Shown: positions 10,064 through 20,502, counted from the first letter of the stretch. The stretch is 64,000 bases of DNA from Candidatus Aenigmatarchaeota archaeon (GCA_021157845.1 JAGGVU010000002.1:31376-95375); one strand, 5' to 3'. The notes: generated by a model from the sequence alone, not told the origin. Translations and numbers: made by a program.

Positions 10064-11347
10064 CTAAAATAATTCAGCCTTACAATCTTCTATTTTTTCG
10101 TAAATTTTTTCTTCGTCCAGACTAGTTTTTCTGTTTTTCATCAGCACTTTCCCATCAACTATTGTTGTGTCAACATTTTCACCGTGGCACGAGTAGACAA
10201 TAGTAGAATATGGGTTATGCATCGGCTTTAAGTTAGGGCTCTTAAGGTTGATTAAAATTAAATCAGCTTTCTTGCCAGATTCAATTACACCACTATTAAT
10301 GCCAAGCGCTTTTGCCCCGTTTATTGTTGCCATTTTTAGGCAAGTTTTTGCATCTAGTGCTAACGAATTTTTCATTGAAATCTTTTGCAGCAACGAAGCA
10401 GTTTTCATCTCTTCAAACATGTCTAGGTTGTTGTTAGAAGCAGCTCCATCTGTTCCCAGAGAGACATTTATACTTTTTTCAAGCATTTTAACAACAGGTG
10501 CTATACCTGCTGCAAGTTTCATATTGGAAACAGGATTATGAACAACAGATACCCCCCTTTTCGACAGTATGTCCATTTCTTTATCATTTAGCCAGCAGCA
10601 GTGCGCTGCTATGGTGCGGTTAGACATTAATCCGATATCATCAAGATATTCAACAGGCCTTTTTCCATGTTCTCTTAGGCAATCTTTTAGTTCTTTTTCT
10701 GTTTCAGAAACGTGAATATGAATCTTTTTGTTATAGTTATCAGCAAGTTCTTTTATTCTCACTAAAAGCTCTTCAGAGCAGGTATAAATAGCATGCGGCC
10801 CCAAAATCCACTCTATTCTCGAAGAATTTTTTATATTTTTTATTTTTTCTGTCATAGTTTTCAATCTCTTTTTCCAGTTTCCTTTGGAAGAAATAGCTCT
10901 TGTCAAACAGCCTCTTATTCCAGTCTTACCAACGCTTTTCGCAACTTCGTCCATAAAATAGTACATATCGTTAAAACATGTTGTGCCTGACTTTATCATT
11001 TCCAGGCATCCTAGCATTGAGCCCCAATAGACATGTTTTTCTGTCAGGCGATCTTCTACTGGAAAAATTTTTTCAAGCCATTTTTGTAATGGCAAATTAT
11101 CCTCATATCCGCGAAATAAAGTCATTGCCAAATGTGTATGGGCATTAATAAGGCCAGGCATAACAAGAAATCCAGAGGCGTCTATCACTTCATCTGTCTT
11201 GTCCATGCCCTTTGACGGGCCAATCTTTTTGATAATGTTACCTTCTATTAATATGCTCTGGTTTTTCTTTACCTCAGATGGTGTTATGATAAGTGACGCA
11301 TTTTTTATCAGCATATTTTTTCCTCGTTTCATTAATCTCTTTAGCAT
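10064..11347 (-). CDS. amidohydrolase, MTA/SAH deaminase (MtaD)-like
   Basis: N-terminal MPGLINAHTHLAMT metal-binding HxH and amidohydrolase-1 fold. 427 aa. Confidence 0.7.
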   Translation of the reverse strand: MLKRLMKRGKNMLIKNASLIITPSEVKKNQSILIEGNIIKKIGPSKGMDKTDEVIDASGFLVMPGLINAHTHLAMTLFRGYEDNLPLQKWLEKIFPVEDRLTEKHVYWGSMLGCLEMIKSGTTCFNDMYYFMDEVAKSVGKTGIRGCLTRAISSKGNWKKRLKTMTEKIKNIKNSSRIEWILGPHAIYTCSEELLVRIKELADNYNKKIHIHVSETEKELKDCLREHGKRPVEYLDDIGLMSNRTIAAHCCWLNDKEMDILSKRGVSVVHNPVSNMKLAAGIAPVVKMLEKSINVSLGTDGAASNNNLDMFEEMKTASLLQKISMKNSLALDAKTCLKMATINGAKALGINSGVIESGKKADLILINLKSPNLKPMHNPYSTIVYSCHGENVDTTIVDGKVLMKNRKTSLDEEKIYEKIEDCKAELF

Positions 11348-12369
11348 TAATCTTTTTTTAGGTGAACAGTAGTTGTCGGAAACGGTATATCTATTCCTTC
11401 TTTATTCAAGCGTTTATATATTGCTGTTGTAAGTTTATCCTTTACTGAAAATGTGCTTGGCGTCGGAAGCCAGCAAACTAAGAGAAAGTTAAGAGAAAAA
11501 TCGCCCATTTCGGTGAAATAAATTTTCGGCTCAGGCTGCTTCACAATATCTTCACACTTTTTTGTTTCGTCCAGAACAACCCTTTTAACCTTGTCAACAT
11601 CAGACCCATACGCTACACTGAATTTTATCTTTAGTTTTGTCTTTGGCTCAGGGTTATTCCAGTTTATTATTTTTGAGTTTGCTATAATAGAATTCGGTAT
11701 TGATAATTCGGTGTTATCAAATGTTTTTATTCTGGTTGATCTTACACCTATTTCTGTTACAAACCCCTGCTCGCCAGATTCTAGCTGTATTCTGTCGCCT
11801 ATTTTGAATGGCCTGTCAAAAAATAATGTCAGCCCACCGAAGAAGTTCGCTATAGTGTCCTTTGCTGCAAATGCAACTGCAAAGCCAGCTATGCCTGCTG
11901 ACGCAAGCAGCGGCGTTATCTCAATGTTCCATATTTTGAAGATGAACATTATCCCTATAAGGTACAGGGATATGCGCACAATATCCTTCAGAAGCGGTAG
12001 CATGTTGCGGCCAATATCAGACTTGGCATGCTCTGAAATTTTTGACCCGTATTGCTCTATGAAAAGATTTGTTACCCTGACAACGGCTGAAAGAATTATG
12101 ACGGCGAGAATGGTTAATAAGATATTATCTGTTACAGATGCTACCTTAGTGCTAATCTCAATATATTTTATTGCTGAATATGCACCAAAGAGAATTATTA
12201 TGAAAAATATCGGTGTCTTTAACTTTTTAGCAAGCTTATCGTCAAAATCAGTTTTTGTTTTTGATGTCAGTTTTGGCAGCAAATATTTGAACGTGTATGA
12301 TACTATGAGAGCTATGAAAAACGATGCGACAAAAATGCCAGCGCCAATCAGATATTTCTGCTCTAACAT
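11347..12369 (-). CDS. MscS-family mechanosensitive channel
   Basis: N-terminal TM helices plus the MscS beta-domain (PFKIGDRIQL..GFVTEIGVRSTRIKTFDNTELSIPN). Confidence 0.8.
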   Translation of the reverse strand: MLEQKYLIGAGIFVASFFIALIVSYTFKYLLPKLTSKTKTDFDDKLAKKLKTPIFFIIILFGAYSAIKYIEISTKVASVTDNILLTILAVIILSAVVRVTNLFIEQYGSKISEHAKSDIGRNMLPLLKDIVRISLYLIGIMFIFKIWNIEITPLLASAGIAGFAVAFAAKDTIANFFGGLTLFFDRPFKIGDRIQLESGEQGFVTEIGVRSTRIKTFDNTELSIPNSIIANSKIINWNNPEPKTKLKIKFSVAYGSDVDKVKRVVLDETKKCEDIVKQPEPKIYFTEMGDFSLNFLLVCWLPTPSTFSVKDKLTTAIYKRLNKEGIDIPFPTTTVHLKKD

Positions 12370-12471
12370 AGATAATCTTTAAATGAAATTTTTTTAAAGA
12401 CAATTTTTATTATTTATCTTTTATTATTTAATTCTTATTATTTATGCTAATTATAAAGAATAGATGATATC

Positions 12472-13758
12472 ATGAACATATATATAGAAACATATGGTTG
12501 TGCTGCGAACCAGTCAGACAGCGAGATAATGGCAGGCCTGCTTTCAAAGGCCGGCTTTGATATTGTACATAATATAGAGTTAGCTGATATTATTATAATA
12601 AACACATGTGTTGTCAAGGGAACAACAGAAAGGAAAATTCTTTTCAGAATAAAAGAACTGGCAGAAAAAAATAAGAAACTGATTATAGCCGGTTGCATGC
12701 CGGAAACAGAGCTGGATAAAATAAGAAAAATAACAGACGCATCTGTAATTGGGACCGACTCTACAAAAATCCTGAGTGTTGTAAGAAGGGTTTTAAACAA
12801 CGAGCATGTTATAGAAATTGGAACAAAATCAGAAAAAGTGTGCCTGCCAAAAATCATGGCAAATCCAGTAAGAGATATTGTGCAGATATCAGAAGGATGT
12901 TTGTCATTATGCTCATTTTGCCTGACCCGTATGGCAAGAAAAAATTTATTTTCTTACAGCCCAGAAAAAATCCTAAGGGAAATAAATGAGGCCCACAGTT
13001 CAGGCGTAAAAGAATTCTGGCTGACATCTCAGGATTGCGGGTGTTACGGATTTGATATAGGGACAACAATAACAAATCTGCTAAAGAAAATAACAACAGA
13101 AGTTAGAGGAAAGTACCGAATAAGAGTTGGCATGATGAATCCACAGCACATTCTAAATCAGCTTAATGAACTGGTGGAAATCTATAAAGATGCGCATATA
13201 TTCAAATTTTTGCATATACCTGTCCAGTCTGGCTCTGACTCGATACTAAAAGATATGAAAAGAGGATATAGCGTAAATGATTTTTTACACACTATTAAGC
13301 GATTCAGGCAGAAAATACCTGACATCACTCTTTGGACAGACGTGATTGTCGGCTATCCGACAGAAACAGATGACGATTTTTCCAAAACAGCCAGTTTGAT
13401 AAAAAAAATCATGCCAGATTATACAAATATATCACGCTTTACACCGCGGCCGCATACAAAAGCAGCTGGGTTAAAACAATTGCCATCTGAGACCAAGAAG
13501 CAAAGGAGCAGGGCAATGACCGAGCTTGTCAACAAAATTTGTCTTAATCAAAATAGGAAATGGGTCGGAAAGGAATGTGAAATTTTAATAGACGAATACA
13601 ACAGGCATCATAGGACATGGATTGGCCGCACCGCGTTTTACAAGCAGGTTGTTGTTAAGGCTAATGAGAAGAGTAATCGGAAATTTCACTTAGGCGACTG
13701 GCTGAATGTGAAGATAACAGATGCAGCACAGACGCATCTAGTAGGAGAGGTTATTTAG
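12472..13758 (+). CDS. tRNA methylthiotransferase (MiaB/MtaB-CDKAL1 family; radical SAM + TRAM)
   Basis: MTTase N-domain (YIETYGCAANQSDSE), radical-SAM CxxxCxxC (CLSLCSFC) and a C-terminal TRAM. Confidence 0.8.
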   Translation: MNIYIETYGCAANQSDSEIMAGLLSKAGFDIVHNIELADIIIINTCVVKGTTERKILFRIKELAEKNKKLIIAGCMPETELDKIRKITDASVIGTDSTKILSVVRRVLNNEHVIEIGTKSEKVCLPKIMANPVRDIVQISEGCLSLCSFCLTRMARKNLFSYSPEKILREINEAHSSGVKEFWLTSQDCGCYGFDIGTTITNLLKKITTEVRGKYRIRVGMMNPQHILNQLNELVEIYKDAHIFKFLHIPVQSGSDSILKDMKRGYSVNDFLHTIKRFRQKIPDITLWTDVIVGYPTETDDDFSKTASLIKKIMPDYTNISRFTPRPHTKAAGLKQLPSETKKQRSRAMTELVNKICLNQNRKWVGKECEILIDEYNRHHRTWIGRTAFYKQVVVKANEKSNRKFHLGDWLNVKITDAAQTHLVGEVI

Positions 13759-13981
13759 TCAGTTTACACAAATAGCTATTAAATATGTCAATATGTGCAC
13801 TGCAAGAATGGTAATCAGTTTAAGACATGCTCTTTATCGTAGATAAGTACTATATCTTTATAGAAACTTATGCACAAATTTATCAGTGTTTGATATTAAA
13901 ATAGGCAATAAGACAGCCAATAGATGATATAATTGCAAGGCGTTTAAAAAAATAGATTAAAGATAAAATCAGGCCCATACC

Positions 13982-14368
13982 TTACAGAACAGCAGCGATG
14001 ATTCTTCCAACTATTCCTGTCAGGGATAATATCTCATAAATAACAAATGCAAGCAGCGCAACTTTTAGTTTTGTCTTCATATCCGCATCCTTTTTAAGGA
14101 AAATTTCTCCAAGAATAAGCCACACAACTAATGGAAATAACTGGAGGCCGAACCTTATGGACACAAATGATGAAAGAAAGGATTGAGTTACTGGTGTAAG
14201 AAAATACGCGAGTATAGACATTATAAGAACATTCTTAGGCTCAAAACTATGTCCAATAAATTTGTCAGACAGGATAATTGCAGTAAATATGACTATCATT
14301 TCAACTATTAAGATAAGAACGCCGTTAATAGTGGCTGGCACAACTGAAAACAGGGAAGGTAAACTCAT
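13982..14368 (-). CDS. integral membrane protein, hypothetical
   Basis: 128 aa with 4 TM helices. Confidence 0.4.
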   Translation of the reverse strand: MSLPSLFSVVPATINGVLILIVEMIVIFTAIILSDKFIGHSFEPKNVLIMSILAYFLTPVTQSFLSSFVSIRFGLQLFPLVVWLILGEIFLKKDADMKTKLKVALLAFVIYEILSLTGIVGRIIAAVL

Positions 14369-14405
14369 AAAAATAATCTAACTTTATCAGATTTAAAGTT
14401 TACAG

Positions 14406-16226
14406 TCAGCCTTTTTTTATTTTTTTCAAGATGGAAGAAACTAATTTTCCATCTGCTCTGCGTCCGATCTTCTTCATCACTATTCCCATCAACGCGGAGT
14501 TGCCGAGAGTAGGGCTTTTTTCAACCACTTCTTTTACAATGTTTTTTATTTCGTCTTCTGAAAGTTTCTCATAGAGTTGAGCAGATTTTTTTATTTCTCC
14601 AGCTTTTGTTTTTTCTAGCAATTCAGGTATAGCATCTTTTGATATTCTTTTTTTCGCAATTAATTCAAATAAATCTATATAATCCTTTTCACCTAGTTCA
14701 ATTTTTACTCCCCTTCTTTTCAAATCTTTCAATACAGATGTAAATGTTGTTGCGACAAGAATCGGATCAACCTTAAATTTTTTAACAATACTCTCAAACA
14801 GGTTAAAATATTTTGACATGATAATCTGTTCAGCAATTTCTTTGGGCATTTCCTTCTTAAGCTTCTTTATCTTTTCTTCAATTGTTTCAGGTATTTTTAT
14901 TGTATTCAAATATTTGCGCGTCAATCGCACCGGAGGTATATCTGTCTCCGGATACAATCTGGCAGCACCAGGCATTGGCCTGAGAAATTTTGTGTTAGTT
15001 CCTTCCACACCCCTCACTTCATTTGGCACACCGTTTATAGCATACCTTGCCCTTTGTAGCACAAATCTCAGGGCACGGCTTGCTTTTTCAGGTTCAGCAA
15101 CAACAATTACAAAGGCATCCTGCTTTCTGCAATTGAGCGCTATTTTTGTTTGTTCAACCTCCTCTTTTGTTATCCCGTAAGCAGGTAGCTCGTCTGAATG
15201 GAATATACCGGAAACACCAGCTATTTTTGCATAATCAGATAACTCTGTGCCCAGACGTCTTCCAGGCTGAACTTCTTTACCTAAAAACCCTGCAAATCCC
15301 GGAAGCCTAACTCCCAAGACAACGCCATTTTTAAGCCCCTGTTTAATTATTTTTGACTTTGTATGTTCAAATGCCGATAGCACAGCAAAATCTGGAACAA
15401 GGTTTTCTTCGCTTGTTATTTTTTTTAGTTCTTTACTAATTTCCAAAAGGTTTTTCTGTCTTTTTACCTCGTTTTTGACAATGGCTGGCATCTCATCCAA
15501 ATTTTGCACGTGTTTTATTTCTACACGTGAGCCACCTCTTATAGAGACATTAATATCCTGCCTTATTGTTCCGAGACCGCGCCTGACTTTGCACGACCTG
15601 AGTATCATCCCAATTTTTTTTGCAACTTCTTTTACTTCTATTGGGTGATTGATATCAGGGCTTGTTGCTATTTCTACTTCTGCTATTCCCAATCTGTCAA
15701 GCCGGAATGTTGTGCTTTTTTCATCTTCTCTTATCCGCCTTCCAGCATCTTCTTCTATATTTATTGTTGGGATAAATATTTTTTTTCCATTTACCTCAAC
15801 AAACCCATCTGTTGCTATAAGTGCTGTCCGCTGAAATCCAGATGTGTTTGAGCCGTCAACAACTGTTTTTCTCATTACATGTATTTCATCAAGAGGCTCA
15901 GCGTTAAGTAGAAAAGCTACCTGCAAAGCAATGGTTAACGCCTCTTCATTCATCGGGTGCGGCGGTTCTGAATCTGTTTCAACTAGGCAGTTTGTATCAG
16001 AATACGCTTCATAAATATACATTTTATTTTTCTTTTCTTCATATAACGCAGCCTTGTCTTTTTTTTCTGTTTCTCCTGCAGCTGCTCTGAGCTTTCTTTT
16101 TATTATCAGGTCCGGATTCTCATGCCTAATGATGGCCGGGCAACTACAAAAAAGCTTGTGACTATCCAGTTCCTGATGTATTTCTATGCCAACTTTCAGC
16201 CCCAATTGTTTCCAGTTCTCATCCAT
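14406..16226 (-). CDS. gatE: Glu-tRNA(Gln) amidotransferase subunit E
   Basis: N-terminus MDENWKQLGLKVGIEIHQEL and a GatB/YqeY-like C-terminus. 606 aa. Confidence 0.9.
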   Translation of the reverse strand: MDENWKQLGLKVGIEIHQELDSHKLFCSCPAIIRHENPDLIIKRKLRAAAGETEKKDKAALYEEKKNKMYIYEAYSDTNCLVETDSEPPHPMNEEALTIALQVAFLLNAEPLDEIHVMRKTVVDGSNTSGFQRTALIATDGFVEVNGKKIFIPTINIEEDAGRRIREDEKSTTFRLDRLGIAEVEIATSPDINHPIEVKEVAKKIGMILRSCKVRRGLGTIRQDINVSIRGGSRVEIKHVQNLDEMPAIVKNEVKRQKNLLEISKELKKITSEENLVPDFAVLSAFEHTKSKIIKQGLKNGVVLGVRLPGFAGFLGKEVQPGRRLGTELSDYAKIAGVSGIFHSDELPAYGITKEEVEQTKIALNCRKQDAFVIVVAEPEKASRALRFVLQRARYAINGVPNEVRGVEGTNTKFLRPMPGAARLYPETDIPPVRLTRKYLNTIKIPETIEEKIKKLKKEMPKEIAEQIIMSKYFNLFESIVKKFKVDPILVATTFTSVLKDLKRRGVKIELGEKDYIDLFELIAKKRISKDAIPELLEKTKAGEIKKSAQLYEKLSEDEIKNIVKEVVEKSPTLGNSALMGIVMKKIGRRADGKLVSSILKKIKKG

Positions 16227-16423
16227 ACCCTTTTACCTCTTTTTTCAACAACCCTTACCCTGTGAAAGGGTATATCCTTTTGTAAAAATTTGTTAAGCGG
16301 AATTTTTATTATTCTTTGTTCAATCCTGTCCCAATATCCTATTTCATAATCTTCTGGGTTTTCCCTTTTATCCCATTTTATTTTATCTATCAACTCTTTG
16401 ATCGTTTTTATCAAAAATATCAC
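16196..16423 (-). CDS. DUF504-like small protein (IPFHRVRVV..GKRVWMR motif), translationally coupled between gatD and gatE
   Basis: 75-aa ORF that overlaps the gatD stop (ATGA) and the gatE start by 31 nt. Confidence 0.45.
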   Translation of the reverse strand: MIFLIKTIKELIDKIKWDKRENPEDYEIGYWDRIEQRIIKIPLNKFLQKDIPFHRVRVVEKRGKRVWMRTGNNWG

Positions 16424-17754
16424 ATCAAAAATGCATTTATTATCGATCTGCTTGTGATTTCTCCGGCAATATTTTCCATCATCATGGATTTGATTTTGTC
16501 AAAATCTTTTGTATGCCCTAATGCCCAGCATAATTTAACATATGCTGTTTCAGGCAACATATCCTGGCCTGGAATTGCGCCAGCATCGTAAAAAAGAATT
16601 CTTAGATTTGTATAGACATTTGGATTTATTCTTCCATATAGTGTCTGGGGAGCTATAACAACGGGTATTCCGTCTTTTGTCAGCTTTTTTATAACAGGAA
16701 TCCATGAATTTTTTGACTTTGTTGGAACATGGCCAAGCCCGGTGCCTTCTATTACAAATCCCTTGTACCCTTTTGATGCATAATATTCAAGCACATGGGG
16801 ATCTGAGCCTGGGTAAGCTTTTAGTAGTGCAACTTTTTTTTCAAATTTTGCATCGGCCTCCACCTTTTCACTATCGTTTCTTTTTTTGTAATTTTTGTTT
16901 ACTATCTCTATTTTGCCGTCATACCATATTTTTGCAAGTGGCAGTTCATTTATCGGTCTGAATGCGTCTCTTCTTGATGTGTGCATTTTTCTTACCTTTG
17001 TTCCCCTGCTAAACAGGCAATAGTCATCATTTATAGAGCCATGCATACATATTCCGACCTCTGCTATATCTGATGTTGCAACATAAGCAGAACACACAAG
17101 ATTCATTGTTGTATCAGCAGAGCCTCTGTCACTGCTTCTCTGTGCACCCACAAGAACAACAGGCTTATGAAGGTTTTTTAGTGCAAATGACAACGCAGCA
17201 GCTGTGTAGTGAAGTGTGTCTGTTCCATGTGTTATTATAACACTTTTATTACCTTTATTTAACAGTCTGGCTGTTTCTTTTGCTATTTTAGCCCAGTCAT
17301 CTGCATTCATATCTTCAGACATGCGTGCAAAAGGGGAAGATATTTCAGTCAGGTTTATTATTTCTCTGAGGCGTGGCGTGGTGTCAAGCAACTCATCTGG
17401 CTTTATAAGGGAGCGTACAGCACCGGTTTCGTAATCTATTTTGCTTGTTATTGTTCCACCTGTCGTTATTAACGCAACCTGTGGCTTGGTTTTGTCAAAA
17501 GAAAGAGCCGGTTTTTTTTCACTGGATTTTTTGGCCGGCTTAATTCTTCTAACAGATGCATTTCTGAAATCTATGCCAATATTGTACCCATTGGCCAGTT
17601 TTATGACGATACAGTTTGAGTCTCCCTGCGTCCTGGGCATTAACATACCTGTGTATGTTTTACTACCTTTTTTTATTTCTATTAAATCTCCAACACTAAT
17701 TTTTTGCGATTCTAGAGCATTTTTTATTTTTACAGAATAACCTTCAAATGTCAT
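16420..17754 (-). CDS. gatD: Glu-tRNA(Gln) amidotransferase subunit D
   Basis: Asparaginase-like domain (VALITTGGTITSK, HGTDTL) with an N-terminal GatD-specific domain. Confidence 0.9.
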   Translation of the reverse strand: MTFEGYSVKIKNALESQKISVGDLIEIKKGSKTYTGMLMPRTQGDSNCIVIKLANGYNIGIDFRNASVRRIKPAKKSSEKKPALSFDKTKPQVALITTGGTITSKIDYETGAVRSLIKPDELLDTTPRLREIINLTEISSPFARMSEDMNADDWAKIAKETARLLNKGNKSVIITHGTDTLHYTAAALSFALKNLHKPVVLVGAQRSSDRGSADTTMNLVCSAYVATSDIAEVGICMHGSINDDYCLFSRGTKVRKMHTSRRDAFRPINELPLAKIWYDGKIEIVNKNYKKRNDSEKVEADAKFEKKVALLKAYPGSDPHVLEYYASKGYKGFVIEGTGLGHVPTKSKNSWIPVIKKLTKDGIPVVIAPQTLYGRINPNVYTNLRILFYDAGAIPGQDMLPETAYVKLCWALGHTKDFDKIKSMMMENIAGEITSRSIINAFLM

Positions 17755-17902
17755 AATACTTATTCATGATAGGAGAATATAAAAATTTGTTTTATAAATA
17801 TACATATGTGATTAGGTCCATAGTGTTCGACAATTGTTAACTACTTTTGAGTAACGAAACCTTTAAATAGTCCCAAATCTATATATAAGACAGGTGATTT
17901 GT

Positions 17903-18265
17903 ATGAGTGAAATAAGTCCATCTGATGTTGTAAAAGATAATGATTTTGGAATGAATGGAAAATACGGTTGTGGACTGCTTGATTTAGTCAGAGGCATATA
18001 TGATAGAGTGGATATTTATCGTGGATATGAAGAGACCATTAAACCAAAAGACCTGACAGACTATAAAGCTAAAATTATCGAGTATCAAAGTGGTTTTGAT
18101 AAGCTTGCTAAGAAACTTTACGAATTAAGAAGGGATATAGAAAAATCACAAAAAAATAAACAGAAAAAACATGAATATGAAACAAATTTGAAGAAGATTG
18201 GGAAGGAATTTGGCTTTTTAGATTATCTAAACATTTACAAAAGTATGAATTCTCCTGACAATTAA
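17903..18265 (+). CDS. hypothetical protein
   Basis: ORF-track ORF 17894..18265. Internal ATG at 17903 is preceded by AGGTGA at a spacing of 5. Confidence 0.4.
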   Translation: MSEISPSDVVKDNDFGMNGKYGCGLLDLVRGIYDRVDIYRGYEETIKPKDLTDYKAKIIEYQSGFDKLAKKLYELRRDIEKSQKNKQKKHEYETNLKKIGKEFGFLDYLNIYKSMNSPDN

Positions 18266-18321
18266 TTTTTTCTTTTTTTAATTTTTAAATACTAAAACTT
18301 CCAATAACTATTAGTGTTTTT

Positions 18322-18915
18322 ATGGTCTCAGAAATAGCTGAAATGCTTTTTTATGATATTCTTCAGATACAGCCATCTGTCATGACTGGCATATTTCTTA
18401 AGGATTTGCTGAATTTTTTGATACTGCCAACAATTGTTTTGCTTATATTTCTCGACTTTGCGGCAACTAAGTTTATAGGTGAGGAGAAGAAAGTATATAG
18501 AAAAATTCTTATAGTGGCATTTTATCTTATAATTGTGACACAGGGTTTCTACGGCCCTTTTGCAACATTTGCTGCTAATTATATGGTGATATTTCTTATT
18601 TTGGCTGGAGCTCTTTTTTTTGTCGGAAAAATATTTGGTGGACAATCTGCTTCAACTATTGGTAGAAAAATCGGAGATCTAAGAAATAAAAAAATAGAAA
18701 GGGAAGAACTGCGAATAAGGGAAAAAATATTGGAAGATACAATAAATGATATAGAAAGGGAGATGAATAGAATTAACGAATTTATAAGGAATAGTAGAGG
18801 AGAGGAAAGGTCAAGACAGGAAAGAATATTCAACGAATTGAGAAGGGAATTATCAGAAAAGAAAAAAGAATTAGAAAGGCTCCAAAAGATAGAAAAAAGG
18901 TCGTTAAGATATTAG
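18322..18915 (+). CDS. membrane protein, paralog family member 0 (TM N-domain + charged coiled-coil tail)
   Basis: N-terminal ~110 aa resemble the three downstream paralogs. The C-terminal 80 aa are a highly charged coiled coil. Confidence 0.5.
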   Translation: MVSEIAEMLFYDILQIQPSVMTGIFLKDLLNFLILPTIVLLIFLDFAATKFIGEEKKVYRKILIVAFYLIIVTQGFYGPFATFAANYMVIFLILAGALFFVGKIFGGQSASTIGRKIGDLRNKKIEREELRIREKILEDTINDIEREMNRINEFIRNSRGEERSRQERIFNELRRELSEKKKELERLQKIEKRSLRY

Positions 18916-19353
18916 GTGGTTGAAATGTTTGCACAATTTGACATAAATCTGGTCGCTTCATTTTTATTTGTATTTGCTGTAGTTTATGCTGTCTTGATTT
19001 ATTCTGCTATTTTGAAGCAGAAAAACATAAATGTTTTATTGTCTTTAGTTATAGCCTTTTTTGCTGTTTCCTATCAGCCGTTTGTTTCTATGATAACAGA
19101 ATTTATGCCATTTGCAAGTATTATACTGGTTATTTTATTTTTTGTTTTGTTTCTGAAAAAAATATTTGACAAAGAGAAAACAAAAGGAAATAATGAAATT
19201 ATAGCAATTTTATTTATCCTTTTACTGGTTGTCGGCTCAACATGGGGTCAAATAAAAAGTTATTTGCCTTTTGCATCTGACAATATCCTCTGGATTATAG
19301 GCATATTAGCATTTTTATTAATGCTTTATGTTGGCACTAGCGGGGAAAAGTGA
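18916..19353 (+). CDS. membrane protein, paralog family member 1
   Basis: Shares the ..F..VLP..FA...Y..L...N...SLVIAFF...Y.PFG.. pattern with 19422 and 19972. Confidence 0.55.
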   Translation: MVEMFAQFDINLVASFLFVFAVVYAVLIYSAILKQKNINVLLSLVIAFFAVSYQPFVSMITEFMPFASIILVILFFVLFLKKIFDKEKTKGNNEIIAILFILLLVVGSTWGQIKSYLPFASDNILWIIGILAFLLMLYVGTSGEK

Positions 19354-19421
19354 AAGAGAGTGAATAAACTTATTTAAATATAATCGTAATATATTTACTA
19401 TACAATGAGAAAGGAGGTTTT

Positions 19422-19907
19422 ATGATGACATGGGCAGTTGCGTTTTTAGGCAATCTTCAGCAAATGGCGTTTTTTGATTTTGTCTTGCCATGGCTTTTGG
19501 CATTTGCAATAATGTTTGGGGTGCTTACAAAGTCAAATATATTCAAGGAAAAAAATGTTAATGGACTAATATCTTTGGTAATAGCATTCTTTTTGACTAA
19601 TTACACACCATACGGAACATCTTTAGGTGCGTTTTTCACAACACTTTCTGGTTCAGCTATTCTCGTACTCTCAGGGCTTTTGGTTGTCTTGCTGTTCGCA
19701 GGCCTCATGGGTCTAAAGCCAGAAGATATATTGGGTGGAAACAAAACAGCACTTGGGTTATTCCTCTTGATAATAGGAATAATATTATTTATATCAGCAG
19801 GTGGAGAATCAGTTATCGGTGTTAATCTTGGAGGAGAAACACTGTCAGCATTATTTATGGTGTTGATAATAGCAGTTGCAGTGATGTTTGTAACCAAAGG
19901 CCAATAG
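19422..19907 (+). CDS. membrane protein, paralog family member 2
   Basis: FDFVLPWLLAFAIMFGVL...LISLVIAFFLTNYTPYG. Four TM helices. Confidence 0.55.
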   Translation: MMTWAVAFLGNLQQMAFFDFVLPWLLAFAIMFGVLTKSNIFKEKNVNGLISLVIAFFLTNYTPYGTSLGAFFTTLSGSAILVLSGLLVVLLFAGLMGLKPEDILGGNKTALGLFLLIIGIILFISAGGESVIGVNLGGETLSALFMVLIIAVAVMFVTKGQ

Positions 19908-19971
19908 ATTTATTAAAACATTTGACTTTGTTGAAGCCGGAAAAATATGAGTCAGAGGAGACGAAAATTAA

Positions 19972-20502
19972 ATGGCGTTCATAAATGAGTTTTTAGTTTA
20001 TCTTGAGCAAATGGATTTTTACAGCTTTGTTCTGCCCTTTATATTTAGTTTTGCCATTGTTTATTCGCTGTCACTCAAGGTTTTTGGCGGAAAAGACTCA
20101 AAAAGTGGTAATGCTGTTTCAACTATAATTGCATTAGTTTTTTCTTTTTACCTGACAGCTTATACACCATTTGGTACTACACTTTCAGCATTTTTCACGC
20201 AATTCTTTGGTCAAATGTCTATAGTAATAATTTCAGCCCTTTTTGTGCTGATTTTATTTGGGCTCGCAGGCTTAAGATTTTTCAGGGGAGAAGGCGGCGA
20301 GGGAATTTTTGATAAATACAAGAACCCGATTATATTGTTTATATTTCTTATAGTAGGAATTTATTTCATAAGCGCAGGAGGATTTTCTTTAAATATAAGC
20401 AGTAGCCTAACAAGAACAGCTATACTTTTATTTGTCATAATAATGGCAGTTCTGTTTGTTACAGGAAGCGAAGGAAAAACATCCGAAAAACCAGCCAAAT
20501 AG
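19972..20502 (+). CDS. membrane protein, paralog family member 3
   Basis: FYSFVLPFIFSFAIVYSL...IIALVFSFYLTAYTPFG. Four TM helices. Confidence 0.55.
   Translation: MAFINEFLVYLEQMDFYSFVLPFIFSFAIVYSLSLKVFGGKDSKSGNAVSTIIALVFSFYLTAYTPFGTTLSAFFTQFFGQMSIVIISALFVLILFGLAGLRFFRGEGGEGIFDKYKNPIILFIFLIVGIYFISAGGFSLNISSSLTRTAILLFVIIMAVLFVTGSEGKTSEKPAK

Noticed and set aside
11591-12382. 263-aa + strand ORF overlapping the MscS gene.
   Set aside because: It is antisense to a well-supported mscS. Composition is skewed toward Ser/Phe/Ile, with no motifs.
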